Shown here: positions 27,985 to 39,767 of the stretch, in pieces
Layout of the letters: the number at the start of each line of letters is the position of its first letter
Numbering within the stretch: the stretch's first letter is position 1
From: Chiloscyllium plagiosum
Taxonomy: Eukaryota
Reading direction: 5' to 3'
Assembly: GCF_004010195.1 (NCBI RefSeq)
Contig: NC_057718.1
Location: 68,914,918-68,978,917, forward strand
DNA length: 64,000 bases
Notes under the pieces: model-generated
Databases searched by the model: none
Seen by the model: only the letters and a program-made list of their open reading frames with translations
What the model was told of the DNA's origin: nothing
Translations under genes and position numbers: made by a program

Positions 27985-28315
27985 CACTCAGACTCTAACC
28001 TCAAACTTTTAATGCATTGTTTGAGCTGAGATGTCACCTTTTTTTATAAACCCTTAAGTTATCTCGAGAATGTGATTTGAAAGAAGTTCTGGGATTTACA
28101 TATTAATAAACCAAAAGATGAAAGACTTAACAGCAGTCTAGGTTTGTTCAATAAAGCGTATCTGTTGCATGCATGACACTGTGGTTTTTTGCTATAAATT
28201 CTATGTCTTATGATCCTGCACCACAGTACTTGATGAAGGAGCAGCGCTCTGAAAGCTAGTACTTCCAAATAAACCTGTTGGACTATAACCTGGTGTTGTA
28301 TGATTTTTAACTTTA
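27985..28315 (+). mobile_element. PLE pLTR (family B) with near-intact hammerhead at about 28227-28262
   Basis: TAC-TTGATGA-A-GGAGC(agc)GCTCT-GAAA-GCTA-GTA. Confidence 0.7.
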
Positions 28316-28638
28316 TTGCTCCTAGCAGTGTGTGCAGAGACACATTAGATAATCTGAGAGGAAATTCACATGCTGGAGAGGGGGAAACCCCTACTCCAAT
28401 ATTGCATAGATTTTTCTGCATGAACTTGAGCAGACAGGCACAATGCTTTTCTCAATCAAAAGATGATGCCTCCAATCGTACAACAAATATTTGTGATAAG
28501 ATCCTATGAGTTTTGGATTGAGCTAAGGAACTACCACTTAAGTCAAGCTGCCACCTTAATAGTTGAGCAGTGTGAAACTTGAATTAAAATGGAACTGTTG
28601 CTATGAACTCCATTAATTAAGTGCTTGTTTTTGTTCAG

Positions 28639-28792
28639 GTAAAAGATGGAGCACGTTCTGTATCCCGAACAATCCAGGCCAATTTCTTTGGAGCTAAACA
28701 AGAAGCTATTGATTTGCTCCTCGTGGGGGATTTTTATAGTGAGGATTATGCAGATAAGGCAAGGGTGTTGATGGACAGCAGTGCACTTTTCA
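28639..28792 (+). CDS. SYNJ2: SYNJ2 exon, [31 protein letters not shown]...SSALF
   Basis: ttcAG / GTAAGT; 154 nt, phase 0 to 1. Confidence 0.93.
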
Positions 28793-29000
28793 GTAAGTAG
28801 ACGTGTTCATGACACATTCGTCACAATGTTTCCTACAATAACCTTTCTGTACCAGGAATTTAAGGTTGTTAAATTTAAGGTTGTTATATTTATAAGGCTT
28901 ATCTTCTCTTCTGGTTTCTTCAGTCATGATGGTGTACTGTGGTTTAAAGAGCAATGTATAATACAAAATGACAAATTCTAGTTGTTCTGTTGTCCAACAG

Positions 29001-29192
29001 CACCTCCTGGGATTTTGGAAGCTATGTGTGAGCGACAGATAGAGTACACTAATGTCAAGAGCACTCGCGTCAGCATTGGCACATGGAACGTAAATGGTGG
29101 TAAACAGTTCAGAAGCAACATGCTGAGTACTGCTGAACTTAGTAGTTGGTTACTTGATGCTTTCAAACAGAACAAAACATCCAAATTCCAGG
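29001..29192 (+). CDS. SYNJ2: SYNJ2 exon, start of 5-phosphatase domain ([15 protein letters not shown])
   Basis: caacAG / GTAAGC; 192 nt, phase 1-1; preceded by a short 208-bp intron. Confidence 0.95.
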
Positions 29193-29947
29193 GTAAGCTG
29201 AGGAACATGATTTTTAATGCTTCGCTGAATACATTGTTATTCTGAACTCTTCGTCCACAGAGTGAATGATGCATTTCATTTAAGTTGCCAGTTGTAAATA
29301 CTCTGCTAACTACTTAATATACTGGAATAATGGTTATGCTATCAGAAATTTCAGTGACTGCATTGAGATGGAGAAAAGCCCCATAACGCAGGATTTGCTG
29401 GCACAGAATCATATGCTGAAATACCACAAAGACCTGAACAACAAATCAGAATAACTTTATCTCTACAACATTAACGAGAACGAAAAACGATTTAAGACAC
29501 AGATGATGTTATTTTCTGAGTAGTCGTAAATCTCTGGATCTCTCATCCCCAGAAGGCAGTGGTGGCGGGATCATTGAATATTTTTAATGTAGAAGTAGAT
29601 TTTTGACTAACAAATGAGCCAGTGGTTATGGTTGGGGGCTCCACAATCAGATCAGCCGTGATTTTATTGAATGTTCGAACAGGCTGCAGAGGTGAAATGA
29701 TTGTTCTTGCTGCTAAATGTTAGATTATTACCATGCTACAACATATTGAGCTCCAATGCATTTTTAAATGAAGCAATAAGATTTCAACAGCAAATCTCCA
29801 TTGGTGATTTCCTAATTTATATCATTTTAGGGAGGTAAGGGCTACTTTGGATAAAAGCAAATTACTGTGGATGTTGGAATCTGAAACCAAAAGAGAAAAT
29901 GCTGGAAAATCTCAGCAGGTCTGGCAGCATCTGTAAGGAGAGAAAAG

Positions 29948-29986
29948 AGCTGACGTTTCGAGTCTAACTGACCCTTTATCAAAGCT
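29948..29986 (-). ncRNA. Hammerhead motif, U3:A8 variant
   Basis: AGCT-TTGATAA-A-GGGTC(agtta)GACTC-GAAA-CGTC-AGCT. Confidence 0.7.
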
Positions 29987-30157
29987 AAAAAATGGGAGAA
30001 ATAAGGAGGTATTTATACTAGACTGAAAGAGGGTGAGTCATGGCTCCAGAAGCAAAGGTAATAATAAAGAGGTGATAGTGACAGTGCATAGAGAGATTAA
30101 AAGAGAAAATGCTGGAAAATATCAGCAGGTCTGGCAGCATCTGTAAGGAGAGAAAAG

Positions 30158-30196
30158 AGCTGACGTTTCGAGTCTAACTGACCCTTTGTCAAAGCT
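30158..30196 (-). ncRNA. Hammerhead motif, U3:A8 variant
   Basis: AGCT-TTGACAA-A-GGGTC(agtta)GACTC-GAAA-CGTC-AGCT. Confidence 0.7.
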
Positions 30197-30466
30197 AAAA
30201 AATGGGAGAAATAAGGAGGTATTTATACTAGGCTGAAAGAGGGTGAGTCATGGCTCCAGAAGCAAAGGTAACAATAAAGAGGTGATAGTGACAGTGCATA
30301 GAGAGATTATAGGGAGGTTAGGAGCTGTGAATGACCAAGGCTGAAGCCGGTGCTGTGTGAAAAAATATGTGGGGTTTGGGGGAATGGGTGAAGCAGAGGC
30401 AAAATGGAAAACAGGGGAGAAGGGGAGCAAAGGGTAGCAAATACCTCCCTATTTCTCCCTTTTTTT

Positions 30467-30505
30467 AGCTTTGACAAAGGGTCAGTTTGACTCGAAACGT
30501 CAGTC
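30467..30505 (+). ncRNA. Hammerhead motif, U3:A8 variant (stem I 3' arm altered)
   Basis: AGCT-TTGACAA-A-GGGTC(agttt)GACTC-GAAA-CGTC-AGTC. Confidence 0.6.
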
Positions 30506-30759
30506 TTTTCTCTCCTTACAGATGCTGCCAGACCTGCTGATATTTTCCAGCATTTTCTCTTTTGGTTAAGGGCTACTTTGAATATCGCCATAATAATTGG
30601 AGGGAAAAAGTGAAGTTGCCCATTACTGCACTTTATTTTAGGAATGTTCCATCACCAGGTTGAAAAGAAATCACATGTCGGAAATATGAATTCAAAGATT
30701 AAGAGCAGAAGTAGCCCATTCATCCCTCTACAAACCAATAAGGTTATGGGTAAGATCAA

Positions 30760-30925
30760 ATGACTGCAGATGCTGAAATTTGAACTGAAAACAAAATGCT
30801 GGAGATCACAGAAGGACAGACAGCATCCATGGAGAGAAAGCAAGCTAATGTTTCGAGCCTAAATGACGACTTCAGAGCTTGCTTTCTCTCCATGGATGCT
30901 GTCTGTCCTTCTGTGATCCCCAGCA
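30760..30925. mobile_element. Fold-back PLE pLTR with decayed hammerhead
   Basis: GACAGACAGCATCCATGGAGAGAAAGCAAGCT / AGCTTGCTTTCTCTCCATGGATGCTGTCTGTC inverted arms. Confidence 0.7.
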
Positions 30926-31451
30926 AGTTTGAATTTTAAGGTCATATCCTGTTTGTACTCCCAATTCCATCTACTGCTGATAACTTTTGATTCCCCGACC
31001 TAACAAGAATCTATTCACGTCCATCTTAAAATATTCAGTGACCCTATCTCTACTACTTTGAGGCAGACAGTCTTAAAGTTGCACAAACCTCCAAAAATAA
31101 AATTCCTCATTTCTGATCCTAAGATGACACTTAATTTTAAGATTGCCCCTAATTCTGAACTGACCCACAATGGTAGAAATCCTTTCAACATTCACCTTGT
31201 CAAGATCATTGAAGACCTTATAAAATTCAAATTACCCTCTCTCTTTTAAATTCTGGTGAATGGAACTCCAGCCTATTCAATCTTTCATCAAAAGAATACC
31301 TGTTCAGTCTCGATATCAATCCAGTAAACCTCTTGTGGATTGCCTTCTTTAAACAAAGAGACCAAAATTGTGCAGACTCATCATGCAGAGGGTGGTACTT
31401 ATACAGAACAAGTTGCCACAGGAGGTGATGGAGGTGAGTAGAATGTAACAT

Positions 31452-32082
31452 CAGAAATGACAGCCAGACTACTGAGACCCCTCGGAATCCTAGTAGCACA
31501 CAAACCCACCAACACTCTCAAACAAAAACTAACAAACTTAAAAGACCCAGTACAACCCAGGGACAAAACCAATGTAATCTATAAAATTCCATGCAAGGAC
31601 TGCCACAAACACTACGTAGGACAAACAGGAAGAAAGTTAGCCACCAGGATAAATGAACACCAGCTAGCCACAAAAAGACATGACCCCCTCTCCCTCATAG
31701 CCCTACACACGGATGAAAAAAAACACCATTTCGACTGGGACAACACATCTATCCTGGGACAGGCTAAGTAAAGACATGCCAGAGAATTCCTAGAGGCCTG
31801 GCACTCCAACCACAACACCATAAGCAAGCACATAGATCTAGATATCATCTATCAACCCCTCAGAAAACGAACAGGAAATGACATCACCACAAACCCCAGG
31901 AACCCCATCCAGGAGAAAGATATAAATAGAAAGCAGGAGACAACAGCTTCGCTTCACTTGGAGGTCGCCACTGATGATGTTACCTAGCCAGGTAATGAAA
32001 CGTCTGGATATCAAACCTATAGCTCAGTGAGGAAACCTACACCCTAAACCTCAACCTGAGCTATAAACCTTCACAAACCTTG
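31452..32082 (+). mobile_element. Poseidon-type PLE 3' part (GIY-YIG + pLTR) inserted in a CR1 remnant
   Basis: NVIYKIPCKDCHKHYVGQTGRKLATRINEH; TSD AGAATGTAACAT at 31440-31451 and 32083-32094. Confidence 0.9.
31968..32007 (+). ncRNA. Minimal hammerhead ribozyme motif (family D), intact
   Basis: CCA-CTGATGA-T-GTTACC(tagcca)GGTAAT-GAAA-CGTC-TGG. Confidence 0.8.
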
Positions 32083-32257
32083 AGAATGTAACATTTAAAA
32101 GGCATCTGGATGGGTAGATGAATAGGAATGATTCAGAGGGATATGGGGCAAATTGGACTGGATCAGTTTAGGAGATCTGGTCGACATGAGTTGGACCAAA
32201 GGGTCTGTTTCTGTGCTGTAAAACTCTCTATGTGATATCTCCAATACACTGTATCCA

Positions 32258-32594
32258 GGGGCGGCACGGTGACACAGTGGTTAGCACAGCTGCCTCACAG
32301 CGCCAGAGATCTGGGTTCAATTCCCGCCTCAGGCGATTGTCTGTGTGGAGTTTGCACGTTCTCCCTGTGTCTGCGTGGGTTTCCTCCGGGTGCTCCGGTT
32401 TCCTCCCACAGTCCAAAAACGTGCAGGTCAGGTGAATTGGCTATGGTAAATTGCCCGTAGAGTTAGGTGCAGGGGTAAATGTAGGGGAATGGGTCTGAGT
32501 GGGCGCGCTTCGGTGGGTCGGTGTGGACTTGTTGGGCCAAAGGGCCTGTTTCCACACTGTAAGTAATCTAATCTAATCTAATCTAATCTAATCT
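32258..32594 (+). mobile_element. Young HE1-like V-SINE with (CTAAT)n tail
   Basis: CpG-retaining head, GGTTCAATTCC B box, tandem tail. Confidence 0.9.
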
Positions 32595-33288
32595 GACGCA
32601 TTAACATTCTTGATTTTATATTCAAATTCTTTTCTATTAAAGGACAGTATTCCATCAGCCACCTTAATCAACCATGCCCTGGAAACCTAAGTACCTCTGC
32701 TCCTTGGAACTTGGCAGTCGTTCATATTTCAGATAATGATCTGCTTTTTTACTCTTCCTGCTGAAGTGAACAACTTCTCATTTTCTCACATCATGCTCCA
32801 TTTGCCAGATTTTTGCTCACTCACTCAACCTGTCATGTCATGACATACTTTCCTACCTATCATTGCACCGCCTGCAAATTTAGCCACTTTCTCTTCAATT
32901 CCCTTATCAAATTCACTGATATGTATTGTAAAAGGTTGAGAGGCAAGTGCAGACCCTGCCAATCTGAAAAAGGTTTATAATCATTCTGTGTTGATTTTCC
33001 CTCTATTCTAGTATATTTCTCCTAATACTTTGTACAATCTTGTCAAAAGACTTATGTAATTCCAAGTTACAGTAGATCAATGGGATCCCCTTTTACTGCA
33101 GCACGTCACTCTTTCGAAGAATTCCAGTTTCCCTTTCATAAAGCTATGCTGATTCTTTCAAATTATCTTGAGGTTTTCCAAGTGCCCAATTATAACTTTC
33201 TCCTTAATGATTGGTTTCAATACTTACCATGTGACAGACATGAAGTTAATTGACTTACGGTTCCTGTTTTTGACCTTCCTTCCTTGAA

Positions 33289-33611
33289 GATTAGATTAGA
33301 TTAGATTCCCTACTGTGTGGAAACAGGCCCTTCGGCACAACAAGTCCACATCGACCCTCCAAAGAGTAACCCACCCAGACCCTTTTCCCTACATTTACTC
33401 CTGACTAATGCACCTAACACTATGGACAATTTAGCATGGTCAATTCACCTAACCTGCACACCTTTTGGAATGTGGGAGGAAACTGGAGCACCCGGAGGAA
33501 ACCCATGCAGACACAGAGAATGTGCAGACTCCACACATACAGTCCCCTGAGGCTGGAATTGAATCTGGGTCTCTGGCACTGTGAGGCAGCAGTGCTAACC
33601 ACTGAGCCACT
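33289..33611 (-). mobile_element. HE1-like V-SINE
   Basis: (GATTA)n tail and head on minus strand. Confidence 0.88.
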
Positions 33612-33775
33612 ATGAGGGATTGTATTTGTTACTTAACGGGTTCCAAGACATTTTAGAAAACTAACAGCAGCACACCTATTACCTGTTACTAGCAACCTCT
33701 TTTAAGACCCTAAGCTAAGGATCTGGAGACTTACCAACCTGCACTCCATCAATTTACTGTACCAAAGCCATAGTA

Positions 33776-34601
33776 TCGTATATACTTGAGTAACAGTCGA
33801 TTTTATGTAAAAGTCGATCCCCTATATTTGGCCAAATAACCTGAGATTTTTCATATGTCTCATCTAAAGGTCAACCCTAGTTCTTCACAGATAACAGATT
33901 TACGAGTCAGTAAGCTGGCCATCACGTCCTGCTCCAGCCTTCCAGTCTACTGGTTGTTCTGCCCCGCACCCAGTCTTCCAGTCTGCTGGCTGTTGAGTTC
34001 CGCTCAGAGTTTTCAGAATTACCATAATCCGTTTTTTTTTTCTTTATTTGTTTAGAGATCAATTGGGCTTCTGCTAATGATACGGTATGAATTTTGATGG
34101 TCACAGTACAGGCCCTTTGGCCCTCAATGTTGTGCCAATCTGTGGAACCAATCTGAAGCCTGTCTATCCTACAGTATTCCATTTTCGTCCATATGTTTAT
34201 CCAATGACCATTTAAATGCTCTTAAAGTTTGTGAGTCTACCACTGTTGCAGGCAGTGCATTCCACACCCCTGCTACTGTCTGAGTAAAGAAACTACCTCT
34301 GACATCTGTCCTATATTTATCACCCCTCAATTTAAAGCTATGTCCCTCATGCTAGCCATCACCATCTGAGGAAAAGGACTGTCACTGTGCACCCTATCTA
34401 ACCTTCTGATTATCTTATATGTCTGAACTAAGTAACCTCTCAACCTTCTTCTCTCTATTGAAAACAGCTGCAAGTCCCTACTGTGCTGTAATGTTCTATG
34501 AAAATCAGTCCATCCAAAATAGTATTCATGTTACAGTCGACCCCATAAATTTAACCTTAAAAAGTTGTCAAAAAATTAGACTATTATTCGAGTATATACG
34601 G
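33776..34601. mobile_element. Non-autonomous Tc1/mariner-superfamily element (MITE-like) with nested CR1 3' fragment
   Basis: TIRs TA|TCGTATATACTTGAGTAACAGTCGATTT ... AAATTAGACTATTATTCGAGTATATACGG|TA. Confidence 0.7.
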
Positions 34602-35104
34602 TAATTACAATATTACCAAGTTCCTCTCTTCCTTCAGCCTCCTGATTTACAAGTATTACTGGAATATTTTTGCAATTAAACATTACTAAAAGGGAGTAGA
34701 AATTGAAGCTTTTTGTCTTGTACTTGAACAAGAATGCACGAAACTAATTTGGAGTTTGCATACAATGAGAGAGGATGCTGATTGGTTGGGTCAGTAATTG
34801 GCATGGCAATCCAGCAAGACACTTAACAGTCAATCTTAATTCTCAGACCAGGCAAGTTGATATTGATTGCTTGGAAAAATGCCATGGCAATGCAGCAGAG
34901 TCAAGCTGTCACCATGACCTTCCTTTTGCCTACATCAAACAGTCCTGAGTATTGATGCATGTAGCTTTACACTACGAGCCTATTTGATGATCTTAATTTT
35001 GTTTTGACTGTAATCCTTAGCACAGTGCAGATCATTTAATTATGGTTTCTAATAGTAGAATTTAATAATGCATATATATTTGAGGGTTGTAAACATGGGC
35101 TGGT

Positions 35105-38100
35105 TAGAACAAAGAACAGTACAGCGCAGGAATAGGCCCTTTGACCTTCCAAGCTTGTGCCGACACATTTTGCCCTTCCATACTAAAACTATCTTCACAT
35201 ACAGGATTCATATCTTTTCATATTTGTCCAGGCGCTTCTTGAATGTTGCTATAGTATTTGCTTCCACCACCACCTCTGGCAGCGTGTTCCAGGCACTCCC
35301 CATCCTTTGACTGAAATACTTGCTTCTCACATCTCTTTTAAACTTCTCCCTCTGCACTTCTGTCCCCTAGTAATTGACCCCTCCAGCTGGGGGGAAAAAA
35401 AAGCTCATATTTTCCACCTTATCCATGCCATTCACAATCTTATAAATTTCTATTAGGTCACCCCTTAACCTCCTCCAAGACAAACCTAATCTATCCAATC
35501 TATCTTCATAGCTAAAATCCCCCATACCAAGCAACAACCTTGCACCCTCTCCAAAGCATCCTTCTGGTAGTGTAGTGACCAGAACTGAACTCAATATTCC
35601 AAGTGTGGCCTAACTAAAGTTTGATAAAACTTCAACATGACTTCTCTGTCCTCATACTCAAAGTCTTTTCCATGCCATAGGCCATTTTTATTACCTTATC
35701 CACCTGTGCTTCAGTGCTCTGTGGACCTGCACACCCATATCCCTCTGCATATCAATACTCATAAAGATCCTGCCATTCACTGTATAATTTCCACGTATAA
35801 AGTCATAGAGTCATAAAGATGTACAGCACAGAGACAGACCCTTCAGTCCAACTTGTCCATGCCAACCTAATCTAGTTCCACCTGCCAGCACCTGACCCAT
35901 AACCCTCCAAACTCTTCCAATTCATATGCCCATCCAAATGCCTTTTAAATGTTGCAGTTGTACTAGCCTCCATCACTTCCTCTGGCAGCTCATTCCATAC
36001 ATGTACCACCCTCTGCATGAAAAGGTTGCCCCTTAGGTCTCTTTTATATCTTTCCCCTCTCACCCTAAATCTATGCCCTCTAGCTCTGGACTCCGCCACC
36101 CCAGGGAAGAGACTTTTGTCTATTTATCCTATCCATGTCCCTCTATAAGGTCACCCCTCAGCCTCCAATGCTGCAGGGAAAACAGCCCTAGCCTATTCAA
36201 CCTCTCCCTATAGCTGAAATCCTCCAACCCTGGTATCATCCATGTAAATCTTTTATGAACATTTTCAAGTTTCACAACATCTTTCTGATAGGAAGGAGAC
36301 CAGAATTGCACGCAATATTCCAACAGTGGTCTAACCAATGTCCAGTACAGCCACAACATGACCTCCCAACTCCTGTACTCAATACTCTGACCAATAAAAG
36401 AAAGCATACCAAAACCTTCTTCACTATCCTATCTACCTGCGACTCTACTTTCAAGGAACTATGAACCTGCACTCCAAGGTCTCTTTGTTCAGCAACACTG
36501 CCTAGGACCTTACCATTAAGTGTATAGGTCCTGCTAAGATTTGCTTTCTCAAAATGCAACACCTCACATTTATCTAAATTAAACTCCATCTGCCACTTCT
36601 CAGCCCATTGGCCCATCTGATCAAGATCCTGTTTTAATCTGAGATACTTGACCTTCCAAAAAGCATCACCTCACATTTGTCCAGATTAAGCTCCATCTGC
36701 TATTTCTGTGCCCATGCCTCCAACTATATCCTCTAACAATCCTCCTCACTATCTGCCTCTCCATCAATCTTTGTAATATCTGCATTAGACCAGCCATATT
36801 TTCTTCCAAATCATTTATGGAGACCACGAACAGCAGAGTTCCCAGCACTGATCCCTGTGGAACAGCACTAGTCACAGTCTTCCATTCCGAAAAGCATCCT
36901 TCCACCCCAAATCTGTCTCCTATGACTAAGCCAGTTCTGTATCCATCTTGGCAGCTCACTCCTGAAACCATGTGACTTCACCTTTTGTACCAGTCTGCCA
37001 CGTGCGGCCTTGTCAAAGGCTTTACTGAAGTCCATGTAGATAATATCAATCACTTTTCCCTCATTAATCTTCTTCATCACCTTCTCAAAAAACTCGATCA
37101 AGTTCGTGAGGCGCAACCTCCCCGACACAAAATCATGCTGTCTATCGGTAATAAGTCAACTTATTTCTAAATTCTTATAGATCTTGTCCCTGAGAATTTT
37201 TCCAATAATTTCCCCACCACTGAAGTGAGGCTCGCAGGCCTGTAACTTCCTGCATTATCCCTGCAACTTCATGCATTATCCCTGCTACCTTTCTTAAGTC
37301 ATGGGACAACATTGGATATTCTCCAGTCCTCTGGCACCTCACATGTGGCCAAAGAGGATACAAAGATGTCTGTCAATGATCTAGCAATTTGTTCCCTATC
37401 TACCTCAATATTCTGGGATAGGTCCTATCAGGACCCAGGGATATATCTACCTTAATAGTTTTTAAGATGTACAACACGTCTTCCTTTTTAATAGCAACTT
37501 GACTCAGAAATTTGTCACTCCCTTCCCTGAGATCATCCTTCACCAATTTCTTTTCTTTGGTGAATGCCAATACAAAGTATTTATTTTGGTCCTTCCCTAC
37601 CTCTTCTGGCTCTACACACATATTCCCTCCGTTGTCCTTGAGTGGGCCAACCCTTTATCTAGGTACCCTCTTGCTTTTTTTATATATGTAGAAGGAGTCA
37701 TGGGATTCTTCTTGATTTTGTTTCCTAATGACTTATCACCCTTTGAATTCTTTGTTTAATTTCTTTTTTTACATTCCTTCAATAATTCAAAGGCTTCGTC
37801 AGTGCCCATTCTCCTCGACCTTATGTATGCTTCCTTTTTCTTTTTAACCAAGGTCATACATCTGTAGTCATCCAAGGTTCACATAACTTGTCATATACCT
37901 AACTTTCATTCTCGCAGGAATATGCTGCACCTGAACTCTTAACTGCCTTTTGAAATACTCCCATATGTCCGATGTTTACCCTCAACAGCCACCTCCAGTC
38001 AACATTCTCCAGATCCTGCCTAATATTGTTGTAGTTTGCCTTCCCCTAACTTAACACCTTCATCTGAGGACTGCTGTAATCCCTATCCACAAGTATCTTA

Positions 38101-38632
38101 AAACTCACAGTATTATGGTCATTATCCTGAAATGCTCCCCCACTGAAACTTCACTCACCTGGCTGGGCTCTTTTCCCAAAACCAGGTGCAGTATAACCCC
38201 TTCCCTGGTGGACTGTTTACATATTGTTTAAAGAATCCCTCCTGAATGGTCCTTACAAATTCTGCCCCAACCAGGTCCCTCACACGAAGTGAGTCCAGTC
38301 AATATAGGAGAAGTTAAAATCACCCAGCACAACAACAATGCTGTTTGTACACTTTATGAGCATCTGTCTATATATTCTCCCCTCTATCTCCCACTGGCTG
38401 TTGGGATGCCTGTAGTGTACCACTAGCATTGTGATTTCACCTTTCCTATTCCTGAGTCCTACCTAGATTGCTTCACTGCACGAGTTATCTGATGTATCCT
38501 CCCTCAGTACAGCTGTGAGATACTCCTTTACTGGTAATGCAACTCCCCCACCCCTTTTACATCACCTTCCATCACACCAGAAACATTTAAATCCTGGGAC
38601 ATTCAGCTGCCAGTCTTGTCTCTCTTTCAGCC
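35105..38632 (-). mobile_element. Long CR1 LINE with a younger CR1 (HER1-like) 3' segment nested at about 35800-36645
   Basis: [53 protein letters not shown] present twice. Confidence 0.85.
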
Positions 38633-39069
38633 AATTCATGATCATGGTTGATCATAAATGTCATGCTAATAGGTGTGTGTGATAATCAGAACATAATGTT
38701 TGATATGGTTCACCAGTCATTGGCTGCATCATTGAATTTTTCAAGCTTGGGTTAGAAAGAGTTTTAGCAGAAAAAGGAGTCTGGAAGTATGCAGGGCAAA
38801 TAGGAAAGTGGAACTGAAACCACAACCAGAGCAGACTGATCTGAGTGAATTGTGGAGCAGGCTTGAAGGGCTGAATGGCCTACTCTTGCTCCAAAGTCCT
38901 ATGTTCCTTTGTAATCAAGTCAAAGCAGGAAAGTTTCTCACCCATCTCCTGCCTGATTTAAATGTTCTCCTGCCATCAATTCTGGGTGAGGGAATTAAAT
39001 TCCTTCCAACGTGTGATTGTATTTCTACATCATCTGTTAAACTTTGTTCATTTTTTTCTCTTTGCATAG

Positions 39070-39154
39070 ATAATGAGAGCTGCCCACCAGATATCTTTGC
39101 TATTGGCTTTCAGGAAATGGTGGAACTTAATGCAGGGAACATTGTTAATGCTAG
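39070..39154 (+). CDS. SYNJ2: SYNJ2 exon, DIFAIGFQEMVELNAGNIVNA
   Basis: catAG / GTGAGC; 85 nt, phase 1 to 2. Confidence 0.95.
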
Positions 39155-39626
39155 GTGAGCAAGTGTACCCTCTTATTTTGGTTTCAGTTGACCATATTTC
39201 AAAGGTTTGTTTGAGGTTATGTGGTTTTATTTGAATGTTGTATTGCTTCTAAGTAGGTGATTAATGTTTTCTTTGTTGTCTTCTTGGTAACATATTTGAT
39301 ATAAATCATAATTGTTTTGAATTGGAACTAATTAATAGGTACAGCATTGCTTCATTGCAATTGTAATACAAGATTTATGAATGTATTCAGTATGCTAATG
39401 GTGCCATTATTATTGGTGGTGATTTATCTCAATTTACTGTTGGAAATTTAACAGAAGTCCCCATGCTGGAAATCTAAAATTAAAAATCTATAATGAATAT
39501 TTTATGTCAAATTAGATTTTCACACAATAGAGTTTTCTATTTATCTTAATACCTTAGATATTATTGGCTGATCTAGAAAGTTTATTAATATATTTATAAA
39601 TCATTGAAAACTTTTTTCCATTTCAG

Positions 39627-39767
39627 CACAACTAACAAGAAAATGTGGGCAGAACAGCTTCAAAAAGCAACATCTAGAACACATAAATACATCCTGCTGT
39701 CATCAGGCCAACTTGTTGGTGTCTGTCTGTATATCTTTGTCCGACTCCATCACGTACCCTACATTCG
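39627..39767 (+). CDS. SYNJ2: SYNJ2 exon, [14 protein letters not shown]...[19 protein letters not shown]
   Basis: tttcAG / GTTAGT; 141 nt, phase 2-2. Confidence 0.95.

Larger units (their letters stand above)
29850..30566 (-). mobile_element. Non-coding PLE-derived / retrozyme-like element: 210-bp tandem repeat plus inverted copy, three hammerheads (family C)
   Basis: Perfect 14-bp TSD TAAGGGCTACTTTG (29836-29849, 30567-30580); repeats 29889-30098 and 30099-30308; inverted arm 30439-30566. Confidence 0.85.

Noticed and set aside
32258..32335. SINE heads as functional tRNA genes
   Set aside because: Each continues into a V-domain and LINE-like tail, so these are SINEs rather than tRNA genes.
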